A program made the translations under genes and the position numbers. Below, piece after piece: positions 26,031 through 38,180 of a DNA stretch of 64,000 nucleotides. The notes under the pieces were generated by a model. It ran no database searches and was not told where the DNA came from. It saw nothing but the letters and a program-made list of their open reading frames with translations. The stretch's first letter is position 1. Each line of letters starts with the position of its first letter. The DNA comes from Mobula hypostoma. Its lineage: Eukaryota. The stretch covers positions 31,436,001 to 31,500,000 of the forward strand of contig NC_086109.1 of the NCBI RefSeq assembly GCF_963921235.1. The letters run 5' to 3'.

Positions 26031-26634
26031 ATTTTTAATGGATTCAGAATGCTGTTGACCACATTTTTCCATAATATATTTTCTGGTTTTAATATTCTCA
26101 CAAATTTCAATTCATACTCCCCGTTTTCAGATTTTCCTTCTTGTTTTGACATTTTTTTCTGCTCCTTCAGTGATTTTTTGGGGTGTTGTCTGTTGCCTCT
26201 TTAGATTTCCATGTTTCTTCCACAATTGGAGCTCTTACTCCTTTGGTTTATAAACTGGTCATGTCATATGATTTTCTTCTTTAAATACCTGTTGCTTCTT
26301 CAATTTATCATCTGCCACCTCATTATTTGAGAATCATTCCAAATCTAGTACATATTTCATCTTGAATTCTTTCCCCAGTATATCTTCGCAGGTATTCAAC
26401 CTCAATATCTACCCTAATGCTACAAAATGGCCGGTTAAATTCTCATCAATCATGCAATCATAATAATTGATCTTCCCCTTATTCTGATGTTCAACTTGTG
26501 ACTTCAGCATCTGATATATTTCAGACAAATGAAGTTGATCTCCTAATGTGGTCCTCTAATCCAAAGCCCTCCAAACTGTCTTACTCTCATAGAAGTTTCT
26601 GCTACCAAGTAGAAATTGTTTGACATCTGCTGTG

Positions 26635-27700
26635 TACATCCATCTATTGATGCTTCTGGACGCAGCTCAGTGATGTTCCTGGAATCATCGGGTGTTTCGG
26701 GTCTTTCAACATCATACAACCTCCTCCAGGTGACCCAGCCGGGGCTGATCAGACCCCAGCTTGTGTCCAGATGGCTAGCTACTTATGACTCCATGGCTCC
26801 CCTCTTTTGAGCCACAGCCATCTTGAGGCCCTCTCTGCCGCATCGGTGGTACTGCGGATGGCTCTCCTCTTCCTCTCTCCCTCAATGCCCAAAATGCTGA
26901 AGGCTCTAACTAAAGAACGGTCTACGAATCCCCTACAACCAACCTCCACTGAGAGACACCTCACTCTCCATCCAGCCTGCTGACAGTTGCTAACCAGTCC
27001 TGCGTACTTGGAGAGTTTCCTTTCAAAGGCCTCTTCCAAGCTATCTTCCCATGGGACTGTCAGCTCCAGCAGCACCACTTGCTTAGTAGACTCAGACACT
27101 AGGACAATGCCTGGTCGCAGGGTGGTGGCTGTGATATGGTTGGGGAACTTCAGCTGCCCTTTGAGGTCCACCAACTGTTGCCAGTCCCTTGCAGAGGTCA
27201 GAATGCCTGCAGATGTTCTTTTGGCAGGTATTGGCTGCTTCCCAGCTCTGACAAAGGCAATGGTCTGCTTGGAGGGTCAGGACTGCTTCACCCACTCAAC
27301 TCCTGCACTGATGGCTTCAGCGATGGTCTTCAGGACCTGATCATGCCTCCACCTGTACCGTCCCTCACCAAGTGCCCTTGCACAGCCGCTGAGGATGTGC
27401 TCCAAGGTTCCTCACTTGGAGCACAGTGGGCACGCAGATAACTCTGCCTTGCTCCATGTGTGCAGGTTTGATGGTCTTGGAAGCACATCGTACACTGCCT
27501 GGATGAGAAATTGGATGTGGTGTGGTTCGGCTTTCCAAAGATCAGCCCAAGTCACACTCCTCTCAACTGCATTCTCCCATCTTGTCCAAGCTTCCTGTTG
27601 CTTCATTCCCACCGCCTTGCAGGCTCTCATCTCCTCCACTACTGCTCTCACCTCCTCCTGAACTAGACGATGCCTTTCCTTCCCTCTGGTGTCCATCTGG
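26635..27700 (-). mobile_element. HERO-like non-LTR retrotransposon, 3' part (zinc knuckle and restriction-like endonuclease)
   Basis: QAVYDVLP.P.NL..W, CPLC...LEHILS.C, LRP.IVL.S..TK.V.LLELTVPWE, VEVGCRGF, AERASRWLW motifs. Confidence 0.85.
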
Positions 27701-27865
27701 GGAGTTGGATATTCTTCACAGGTTGTGGAGATACCAAATACAACAGCCAGTCTTCAATTTAGGACAAGGATATCTGCATGAACAAACACTATTGTCCATA
27801 GGAAGAATCATCTCCCATCGCAATAATAAAAGAATGCAATTTTCGGTGTTTGGATTCTTAACAAA

Positions 27866-30800
27866 TAAGACCATAAGACAAAGGAGCAAAAGTCGGCCAT
27901 TAGGCCCATTGAGTCTGCTCCGCCATTTTATCACGAGCTGATCCATTCTCCCATTTAGTCCCACTCCCCCACCTTCTCACCATAATCCTTGATGACCTGG
28001 CTGCTCAGATACCTATCAATCTTTGCCTTAAATACATCCAATGACTTGGCCTCCATTGCAGCCCGTGGCAACAAATTCCACAGATTCACCACCCTCTGGC
28101 TAAAAAAATTTCTTTGCATCACTGTTCCGAATGGGCGCCCTTCAATCCTTAAGTCATGCCCTCTCGCACTAGACTCCCCCATCATGGGAAACAACTTTGC
28201 CACATCCAATCTGTCCATGCCTTTCAACATTCGAAATGTTTCTATGAGGTCCCCCCTCATTCTTCTAAACTTCAAGGAATACAGTCCAAGAGTGGACAAA
28301 TGTTCCTCATATGTAAACCCTCTCATTCCTGGAATCATTCTAGCGAATCTTCCCTGAACCCTCTCTAATATCAGCACATCCTTTCTTAAATAAGGAGCCC
28401 AAAACTGCCCACAGTACTCCAAATGAGGTCTTACCAGTGCCTTATAGAGCATCAACATCACATCCCTGCTCCTATACTCTATTCCTCTAGAAATGAATGC
28501 CAACATTGCATTCGCCTTCTTCACCACTGACTCAAACTGGAGGTTAACCTTAAGGGTATCCTGCACGAGGACTCCCAAGTCCTGTTGCATCTCAGAATTT
28601 TGAATTCTCTCCCCATTTAAATAATAGTCTGCCCATTTATTTCTTCTGCCAAAATACATAACCGTACACTTTCCAACATTGTATGAAATTTGTCACTTCT
28701 GTGCCCATTCTCCCAATCTATCCAAGTCCCTCTGCAGACTCTCTGTTTCCTCAGCACTACCAGCCCCTCCACCTATTTTTGTATCATCAGCAAACTTAGC
28801 TACAAAGCCATCTATTCCATAATCCAAATCGTTGATATACAACCTAAAAAGAACCGGCCCCAACACAGACCCCTGTGGAACACCACTGGTAACCGGCAGC
28901 CAACTAGAATAGGATCCCTTTATTCCCACTCTCTGACTCCTGCCAATCAGCCAACGCTCTATCCATGTATGTAACTTTTCCGTAATTCCTTGGGCTCTTA
29001 TCTTGTTAAGCAGCCTCATGTGTGGCACCTTGTCAAAGGCCTTCTGAAAATCCAAATATACAACATCCACTGCATCTCCCTTGTCTAGCCTACTTGTAAT
29101 TTCCTCAAAAAATTGCAATAGGTTTGTCAGGCAGGATTTTCTTTTAAGGAATCCATGCTGAGTTCTGCCTATCTTGTCATATGCCTCCAGGTACTCTGTA
29201 ACCTCATCCTTGACAATCGACTCCAACAACTTCCCAACCACCGATGTCAAGCTAACCAGTTATAATTTCTGTTTTGCTACCTTGCCCCCTTCTTAAATAG
29301 CGGAGTGACATTTGCAATCTTCCAGTCCTCCGGAACCATGCCAGAATCTATTGACTTTTGAAAGATCATTGCTATTGCCTCCGCAATCTCCACAGCTACT
29401 TCCTTCAGAACACAAGCGTCTGGGAGATTTATCTACCCTTAGATTATTCAGCTTCCTGAGTACTTTCTCTGTCGTAATTGTGACTGTGCACACTTCTCTT
29501 CCCTGACACCCTTGAGTGTCTGGTATACTGCTGATGTCTTCCTCAGTGAAGACTGATGCAAAATACTTCTTCAGTTCCTCCACCATCTCCTTATCTCCCA
29601 TTACAATTTCTCGAACATCATTTTCTATCGGTCCTATATCTACTCTCATCTGTCTTTTACTCCTTATATACTACTTGCTAGCTTCTTTTCATAGTTTATC
29701 TTTTCCCTCTTAATTATCTTCTTAGTTTCCTTATGTAAGCTTTTAAAAACTTATCAATCCTCTGTCTTCCCAATAATTTATGCTTCCTTGTATACCCTCT
29801 CCTTTGCTTTAACTTCTTTGACTTCTTTTGTCAGCCATGGTGGCATCCTTTTTCCATTTGAAAATTTCTTCTTTTTTGGAATATATCTGTCTTTCACCTT
29901 CCTCACTTCTTGCATAAACTCCAGCCACTGCTGCTCTGCCGTCCTTCCTGCTCGTGTCCCTTTCCAGTCAACTTTGGCCAGTTCCTCTCTCATGCCACTG
30001 TAATTTCCTTTACTGCACTGAAATACTGACACATCAGATTTTGGCTTCTCTTTTCAAATTTCACAGTGAACTCAATCATGTTATGATCACTGCCTCCTAA
30101 GGGTTCCTTCACCTCAGTCTCTCTAATCACCTCTGGATCATTACACAATACCCAATCCAGTACAGCCGATCCCCTAGTGGGCTCAACAACAAGCTGTTCT
30201 AAAAAGCATCTCGCTGACATTCTACAAATTCTCTCTCTTGAGATCCAGTGCTGACCTGATTTTCTCAATCCACCACATGTTAAAATCCCCCACTATTATC
30301 ATAACACTGCCCTTCTGACTAGCCTTTTCTATTTCCTGTTGTAATTTGTAGTCCACATCACTGCAGCTGTTAGGAGGCCTGTATATAATTGCCATCAGGG
30401 TCCTTTTACCCCTTTGATTTCTTAGCTCAACTCATAAAGGTTCTACACCTTCCAATCCTATGTCACCAATAAAGCCACGCCACCCCTTCTGCCTACCTGC
30501 CTATCCTTCCGATACACCGTGTATCCTAAGACGTTCAGCTCCCAGAGACATGTATCCTTTAGCCACGTCTCAGTGATGGCCACAAAATCATACCTGCCAA
30601 TCTGTAGCTGTATGACAAGATCATCCACCTTATTCCTTATGCTGCGTGCATTAAAGTATAACACCTTAAGACCAGTATTTGGTAATTTTTGCTTTGATTG
30701 CACTGCAACCTTATTCCACTACAACTCATCGCAATGGCTGCAAATCTGCCCCATCACCTGCCTGTCTTTCCTGACATCTTTACTGCTCACTATCTTAGAT

Positions 30801-30900
30801 TTATTTCTGTTTTCCCTTTCCTCTGCTCTATCATTCCGGTTCCCATCTCCCTGCCAAATTAGTTTAAACCCTCCCTAACAGCTCTATTAAACCTTCCTGC
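27866..30900 (-). mobile_element. CR1 with a nearly complete but frameshifted ORF2 (APE endonuclease and RT)
   Basis: [61 protein letters not shown] tail at 27866-27880. Confidence 0.95.
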
Positions 30901-33679
30901 CAAATCTGCTTGAATAAACATATACTCTTGTCATTCGAGATGTGGTTCTACTTTGATATGTCATTCTACATGGCCAATTGTCCATACTCAAAATATTGGA
31001 GTAAACTATGTAATTGTAACTCACAAGACTGTATTTAAATGCCTGCTGTCATCTTTATACTACAAAGGGTAGATAGACTTTGCATTCAGGGAATTTTTTT
31101 CCAAGAGATTTTACTGTGAAAGTCTCCCCAGATATTCCTCCACCAGGTCTACTGCATGTTTACTTGTGCAAAGTTCAAATGTTGTACTACCTACAGCTCT
31201 AGTCTCCATGTGAATTCGAAGTAACAAGGAAGCGACATCCATGCATATCTGAAGGTTATGGTGAGACTTGTAAAGCGAAGACAAGCTCCTTGAGATTGTG
31301 GAGACTTCGGCAAATTTAAGAATACTTAGAAATCATTAAACCTGAGTTCAGTTGAAGCAGTGGTCAGTAGAAGTCAGACAGCAGCTGTCTTCCCAAAAAA
31401 ATGTGTTTCCTTTTAAAATCACCCATGATGAAGGGGTTGGTGGGAGAAATTATCCTGGACGCAAAGGAGTTTATTTTCAGTTGAGCAGAATTGCTTCATG
31501 TGAGAGCTGGCATCATATCAGTATTTAATGGTCTTCCTTCTCCACAGACTGCTGGAAAGCTGAGGTATCATGTGTGCAAACATCCTTTCTCAACTAGGAG
31601 CCAGCATCATTAAAAACGGTTGTACATTTGTCACCTAAATTAGATTCAATGGTTGCCAAAAAGCCACATTATACGTCCATGATTCCTCAAGTGTTTATTT
31701 TAATTTCTTCAATATTTCTGCATTGTTTGCTTATAAGAATAGGATACCATCAAATCACAGGGAGAAATGGCATTTATTGTTTATTCTCTCAATGCTGCTA
31801 CAATCAATAATCATTCTCTTTGCATTTAGTCGGCCACGACAACCGAGATATCAGATCTAAGATCTAGTTTATGAGAAAAATAGGATCGTTAAGAAAATCT
31901 ACATATCACCAATCGAGTAAGATTCCAAGTTCATGCCAAGCTGATGAGATCACAGCTTCCCAAATGAAATGAACTGAGGCAGCATCAAACAGTTACGGTT
32001 GGGCTCAGTGGAGAAATTTAAATAACCCAGTGCTAATTGGTGCTACTCTAGCAATTTCTCTCAGGGAGACAGCTCCATGATTTTATTTGAGAGGAGCAAA
32101 ACAATGTGAATTATTCAAAGATGATACAAAATAGAAAGAATTAAGTAGGTACTTGTAATCAACTGCTGTCTATTTTCTGTATACCACTTTACAGACTGAG
32201 AAAATAACCTGTATCTTGAGAAGAATGTAAATAGGTGTAAGTCTGAAGTACTACAAATAAATTTGGAAATATGGTTAGATGATCCCCAGTAGGCACAAAT
32301 TTATGATACAAACCTGGCTAATCATGTGACATTAAATCAGTAATGTCATCTAGGCAAGTTAGAAGGGTTGCTGGCATATTTATGAGAGAAATTTATAGTT
32401 TGAAGTCATGAGAGTCATTTAGGTTAACAATGAAGAAGTTATCAACTCATAGTCTATTAATATTTTAAAAATATCACCATGAATATTTCCATTTGGAACA
32501 GTTTGTGCATTTGATGCTAGTAATTAGCTTCGAATCAGGGTGTTATGGATTCAATTCACACTCCAGAGGCTTCTGGAGCTCAATCTAATCTGATAGACAG
32601 ATCAATGCCTTACAGAGAGGTTTCTTCAGTGTGTTTTCTTTCAAGTGAGACAATAACTAAAGTTTCCATGTACTCTCTCAGGTAGATATAGCCATTGTGG
32701 GAGGAGAATTTTCTCCCCTCTTCTTAACAATGTTTATCTTTCACTCAGCATTACTGAAACAGATGACCAGTCTGTTTTTCTATAGGTACTGTATATGTGA
32801 AACATGTATACAATGTTATTGAGTTTCTAATCATATGCAATTGACTATATATTTCCAATTCTTTAGCAGTAAAAACTTGTGAAACATTCTGACAGACACT
32901 ATATAAATGCAAATCTTTCTTATAATTGGATATCCAGCAACACACTGTATTCAAAGCTCACATTGTTCCCCATTCTCAGTTAGAACCACGACACCATTCC
33001 AGTAATTATCCAGACCTTTCCCTGATGGCCAATATCCCTGATATAAATTCTTAACATCAGTTGCAATCTTTTCATTAGTATAGACTGATTTAATTGACCA
33101 GGTTGTAGAATTCATTTCAACATTAAAGAAGTGATTTTCTTTGCAGGCAATACCCTGCTCATATCACATGTTGGATGTGTTTAATCTTGAGAATTTAGAT
33201 AGCTGGATAATAAAGAGGTAAGGAGATTACCCTCTCTCTGGGGTTTGCTAAATTAGTAGCTCATAGCAGAGTAGAAGTAAAAGTGTTTCTCATTCAAGTC
33301 TGCTTTAAAGTGACTCCAAGTCTGAATTGTCTGGTGATGTAGCTGGTACCCTTGGGACTAGGTGTTGCTGTGTTAATTGGTTCCGGCAGCAATGTTCTTT
33401 TATAGTTATTGTAATAAAACTGATTGGCATGAGTCTGTTCCCATTGTTGAGAACTAGGGTTACCAACGCCCCTTGGATATTTCCCTGGAGGTTTGATCTA
33501 TTGATTTTCTGACTCATCCCAACCAGTCAGTATTTCATACCTATCTACGTTGGTTTTAAGACTAATAGATGAAGGTCAACAAAAAAAACTGATTTGTTTT
33601 AACTTGACTATATACCCGTTTTTTACCTGTTTCTGGAAGGCCAGCACTATTTCTGATATCCGTAAACCTGATCTTGAGT

Positions 33680-34046
33680 AAAACTCTGCCAGGTCATAAC
33701 TTGCCCCAAGTTATGCTCACCTTTCACTCCTGTGTTTGCTGTCGCGTATCAGCTCGCGAATTATTCCTGTACCTAATAACTTGCATTGACTTTGTGTTAG
33801 GCAACTTTTTTATTTATAGTCCACAAATCCACCCATAGGTTGCAGCCAAGACTACCTCTATTTCTATATCTTCTCCAAGCCTTTATCCCTCTGGAATGAA
33901 CTCTGCTCTTCTTACTCCAGATTTAATTAAATCACTATTAGCTATTAAGTCTTCTGCTGATATGGTTTTCAACTCTTGAATTCCCTCCCTGAGCCTCTAT
34001 AACTCTTTACCTTTAGTTCCTCCATAACTAATATTCAAAACTTACC
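33680..34046 (+). mobile_element. Old L2-like 3' remnant
   Basis: Degenerate TCACTCCTGTG...CTCTTGAATTCCCTCCC...TTCAAAACTTACCTCTT pattern. Confidence 0.4.
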
Positions 34047-34060
34047 TCTTGGATCACGGT

Positions 34061-34272
34061 AAACAACAGGAATTCTGCAGATGCTGGAAATTCAAGCAAC
34101 ATACATCAAAGTTGCTGGTGAACGCAGCAGGCCAAGCAGCATCTATAGGAAGAGGCGCAGTCGACGTTTCAGGCCGAGACCCTTCGTCAGTCTCGGCCTG
34201 AAACGTCGACTGCGCCTCTTCCTATAGATGCTGCTTGGCCTGCTGCGTTCACCAGCAACTTTGATGTATGTT
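34061..34272 (-). mobile_element. 212-bp fold-back PLE mini-insertion
   Basis: Perfect 83-bp inverted arms (34098-34180 and 34190-34272), 9-nt spacer, 37-nt tail; 14-bp TSD TCTTGGATCACGGT at 34047-34060 and 34273-34286. Confidence 0.95.
34159..34190 (-). ncRNA. Hammerhead core lacking the 5' strand of stem I
   Basis: CTGACGA-AGGgtctcggCCT-GAAACGTC-GACT; the upstream AGTC is replaced by the inverted arm. Confidence 0.7.
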
Positions 34273-34328
34273 TCTTGGATCACGGTTATGGTTATTTGCT
34301 TTGATAGAATAAATTTTCTCCTTGAAGA

Positions 34329-37080
34329 TGTTAGGCCTGCTCCTGTTAACACTTCCAGCCTCAACCTCTTTGATAGGATTCATTTGCCGTTCATTCTAAA
34401 CTCACCACCTGCAGCCTATGTAACCCCAGTTCTCATCCATAGTCCTTGTTCACTCATCGAACCAGCCTACCCCAATCTTTGTCTCCTAGCTTATACTCTC
34501 CCTGCTTCACGTTCACCTTGTTGCCTGTTGTGTTTAGTTTATGTTCTCTCTTATTTTGTGGTCCCTGGTGGGTGTTATTTTGCAGTCTATTATCAAAATT
34601 ATCGCTCGTATTTGAATCGTCTCTGCTGCTCAGCTTTTGGGTCAAATCTCCTCTATATGTCCTAACAGGATGAGTGAACTCTCGATTGATTTAGCAGAGT
34701 ATGCTCACCTAAAGGAGGCCATCCACTGACTCGAGTTCACGACCTAGAAGCAGCAAGAGACCACAGACCATTGGCTCGCCGTTCTCTTCCAACCCTCCAT
34801 CTTGGTGCAGAAACTCTGTGTCAGTCCATCTCCTCCCTCTGAGCCCCAGCTTCCCATGCCTGAATGCTTCGATGGATCCCCAGCCCAATACCACCACTTC
34901 CTGTCCCAGTGTGTCTCACACTCTGAGCTCCAGCTGTTCCTATATTTTACAGAGTGGGCCAAGATCGCCTTCCTCACCTCTCTCCCAAAGCATAACCATG
35001 GACCAAGAGAAAGCGTGTGCCATCATTGAATGGTCCCATCCATGCACCCTCAAACAGTCACAGTGCTTCTTCAGCTTCTCCAACTTCTACACCCGTTTCT
35101 TCAGGAATTACTATCAAATCAATGCTCCCCTCACCTCACTCACCAAGTCAGCTACCTCATGGATAATCTGGTCTTCTGCTGTGGACCACAGTGTTGAGGT
35201 GCTCACAAGTCATTTCACCACCACTCCCATTCACCGTGATTTGAATCCCTCCAATACATATGTGGCAGAGGTGGATGCCAGTTCCTCTCTCTATCAGCAA
35301 AGACTAGATGGGAAGACACATTCTAGTGTCCTTTTCTCACGCAAGTTCAACCCTACACAGTGCTGTTATTGAGTAGGAGCTACTCACCATCAAATGGACC
35401 TTGGAGGCATGGACACATTGGGGGATGGGATACACAGCGCCCTTCCTGATTTGGACTGACCACCAGATCCTCATATCCATACAGCAGACACATCGACTCA
35501 GTCCACATCAGTCTCACTGGACCCGCTTCTTTAAACAATCCAACTTCACCATCTCCTACCAGCCCAGTTCCACGAACACAAAAGTGGAAGCTCTGCCACG
35601 ACAGTTCATCCCAGCTGAAACAGAGTCTGAGTCTCAGCCCATTATTCCATCCTCACAGTTCTTTGCCTTGATCATCGAGGACATTGAGAGCCACGCTTGC
35701 CAGGACTTACAGCATGAGCCTGCTTCGGCTGACATTCCGAACAACCTCATGTACAGGTCAGCAGTTGTACACTCTGAGGCACTCCAGTGGGCCCTCTCCT
35801 CGCCCCTCTCCTGCCATCCAGGTGCACAAGAGATTCTGGATTTTCTGTGAGGCCTGTTCTGATGGCCCACTGTGATCATAGACATACGTCAGTTTGTTGG
35901 TGCCTACAATCAGTGTGCCATGTCTAATTCCTCCAAGCAGCAGCCCCCTGGGTCCCATAAGCCCCTACTAGTCCCTTAGAGCTCATGGTCCCACATTGCC
36001 ATGGATTTCATCAAGGCTTTGCCACTTTCTGATGTGACCACAGTGATCATGATAGTGGTGGATCAGTTCTCCAAGGCAGCCCACTTCATTGACCTTCCCA
36101 AACTTCCGTCAGTCACTGAGATGGTGGACTTGGTTCTCCAACATCTAGTTCACCCCCACAGTTTCCCTCAGGACATTGTGTTATATTGGGACTGACAATT
36201 TGTACCCCGCTTCTGGCAAACCTTCTGCTCCCTCCTCCATACCTCAGTGAGTTTGCCTCTAACTATCATCCACAGAACAAGGGTCAGTCATAAAGAGCCA
36301 ATCGGCAAGTGAAGACGTTTCTGCGATAAGTCACCACCTCTAAGCCTTCCACATGGATGAGGTATCTGCACTGTGTCAAGCTGTCCAGGTCCATATGTCA
36401 CACCTTGAAGTGTTTCATGGCTACCAATACCCATTGCTCACTATAAAAGAGCACATGGTGGAGTCTCCATCCACCAGGACCCTGGTTTGCCAATCTCTGA
36501 AAGCTTGGAAGAGGATATGGAGGGACATTTTAGCCACCAACCATGCCTACTGCTGCCAGACCAACTGTGGTCAGCATCCAGCCAGACTAATCTGGCATAG
36601 GGCACATGTCTGACTCTCCACCTGCCCCTGCACACTGACTTCAACAAGCTCCTTCAAGATCACCAATTGCCTAATCCAAACACATTGCCTCCGGCTGCTG
36701 CCATCCCTCAGGATCACTCCTATGGTTCCTGCCTGAAGCCATGGACTATGGATCACTCACCCCACCTGAGCCTGCTCCTCCAGACCCCAGGGTGGTGGAA
36801 GGTGGTCCAGTCTACACTGTTTACCAGTTGATGGATTCACATCTCCCTGGGCGGTGTGTGCAGAACCATGTCGACTTGGAAAGATGCAGCCCAGACGAGA
36901 CATCTTGGGTGCTGTCCAATTATGTCTTCGATCAATTGCTTAATTAAAAGGTCCAGCAGAACCACGGGACCACCCTGGGCTGCCAGGTACAGCCTTTGGG
37001 TGGCAGGATTGTCCTTTCAGGACTTCTCCCTCTGACAGCTTTCACTCTGTATATGCAGGCACCTCCCAGTCACTACTCTG
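34329..37080 (+). mobile_element. Degenerate sushi-like chromoviral Gypsy element 2, with protease and most of RT deleted
   Basis: 5' LTR 34329-34667 (TGTTAGG...CCTAACA); gag PECFDGSP...FLSQC; RNase H EVDAS and WTDH; integrase MDFI..LP...[11 protein letters not shown]; chromodomain VYTVYQLMDS...SWV; only a trace of the 3' LTR near 37050-37080. Confidence 0.9.
34669..34679 (+). promoter_or_regulatory. Self-priming primer-binding site
   Basis: GATGAGTGAAC is the exact reverse complement of LTR 34448-34458 GTTCACTCATC, which starts 31 nt after the start of the TATA-like TATGTAA at 34417. Confidence 0.8.
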
Positions 37081-37712
37081 CCAGAGTACATGCCATCAGC
37101 ATCCAGACAGACTAGTCTGGTCTGCGGAACATGTCTAGCTCTCCATCTGAGATTTATCCCGGCACATTGACTTCCATAAGCTCACCTCTAATATCTAGCA
37201 ATCTCCCATCTTAATAATTTCTTACTGTGGTGCTTAATCCTGTCAGAATGATCTCATGAAAACTATCTACAGATGAATCAGTGAGACATCATTGAAATAT
37301 GCTTATTCTCCTCAAAAAAGCACTACAGCTACAAATCCTCAATGGTGCAATCAAAGCTGAATTTGAGTTGATTTTAATGATTGGCAATAAAGATATTTTC
37401 CTAAAACTTATCAGAGCACAACAAGCTCTGGAATGGACTAACAGGTGAGAACAATTATCATCTTCCGCTCACTCTCAATTTTATTTTATTTATTCATTTT
37501 CCAGAATGTGGACATCATTGGAAATATGATGTATTTTACTCATCATCAATGATTCCTAAAGAGGCTAACAATTCATTGCAGTTCTTCTGTTGAAGGTACT
37601 TCCAAAAACCTCTTGAATAGAGACTTCCAGAAAATGATGCAGTAATATTTCCAAAAGTTGTGCAACTTGGAGGGCAACCAACTGACCAACTGGTGATGAT
37701 AATCCCATATGT

Positions 37713-38180
37713 CATAAGACCATAAGACAAAGGAGCAGAATTAGGCCATTCAGCCCATCAAGTCTGCTCCACCGTTCCATCATGGCAATCCTGGATCCCA
37801 CTCAACCCCATACACCTGCCTTCTCGCCATATCCTTTGATGCCCTGACCAATCAGGAAACTATCAAATTCTGCCTTAAATATACCCACTGACTTGGCCTC
37901 CACCAAAGTCTGTGGCCAAGCATTCCACAGAGTCACTACTCTCTGGCTAAAAAAAAATTCTCCTTACCTCTGTTCTAAAAGCTCATCCTTCAGTTTGAGG
38001 CGCTGCCCTCTAGTTCTAGATACCCCCACCATAGGAAACATCCTCTCCATATCCACCCTATCTAGTCCTTTCAACATTCAGTAGATGCCAATGAGATCCT
38101 CCCACATTCTTTTAAGTTTCAGTGAGTACAGGCCCAAAGCTGCCAAGCGCTCCTCATATGTTAACCCTTTCATTCCCAGA
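37713..38180 (-). mobile_element. CR1 3' fragment
   Basis: CATAAGACCATAAGAC tail; close to the reverse complement of 41480-41930. Confidence 0.9.

Noticed and set aside
27522..27941. 139-aa plus-strand ORF
   Set aside because: Chance frame spanning antisense HERO, a short spacer and a CR1 tail
34061..34272. MITE or miRNA gene
   Set aside because: The arms are PLE pLTR sequence and the 14-bp TSD with an asymmetric tail matches the other PLE insertions
34802..35029. Domesticated PEG10/RTL-like gene
   Set aside because: The gag similarity reflects sushi-type ancestry; it sits behind an LTR and has frameshifts and deletions
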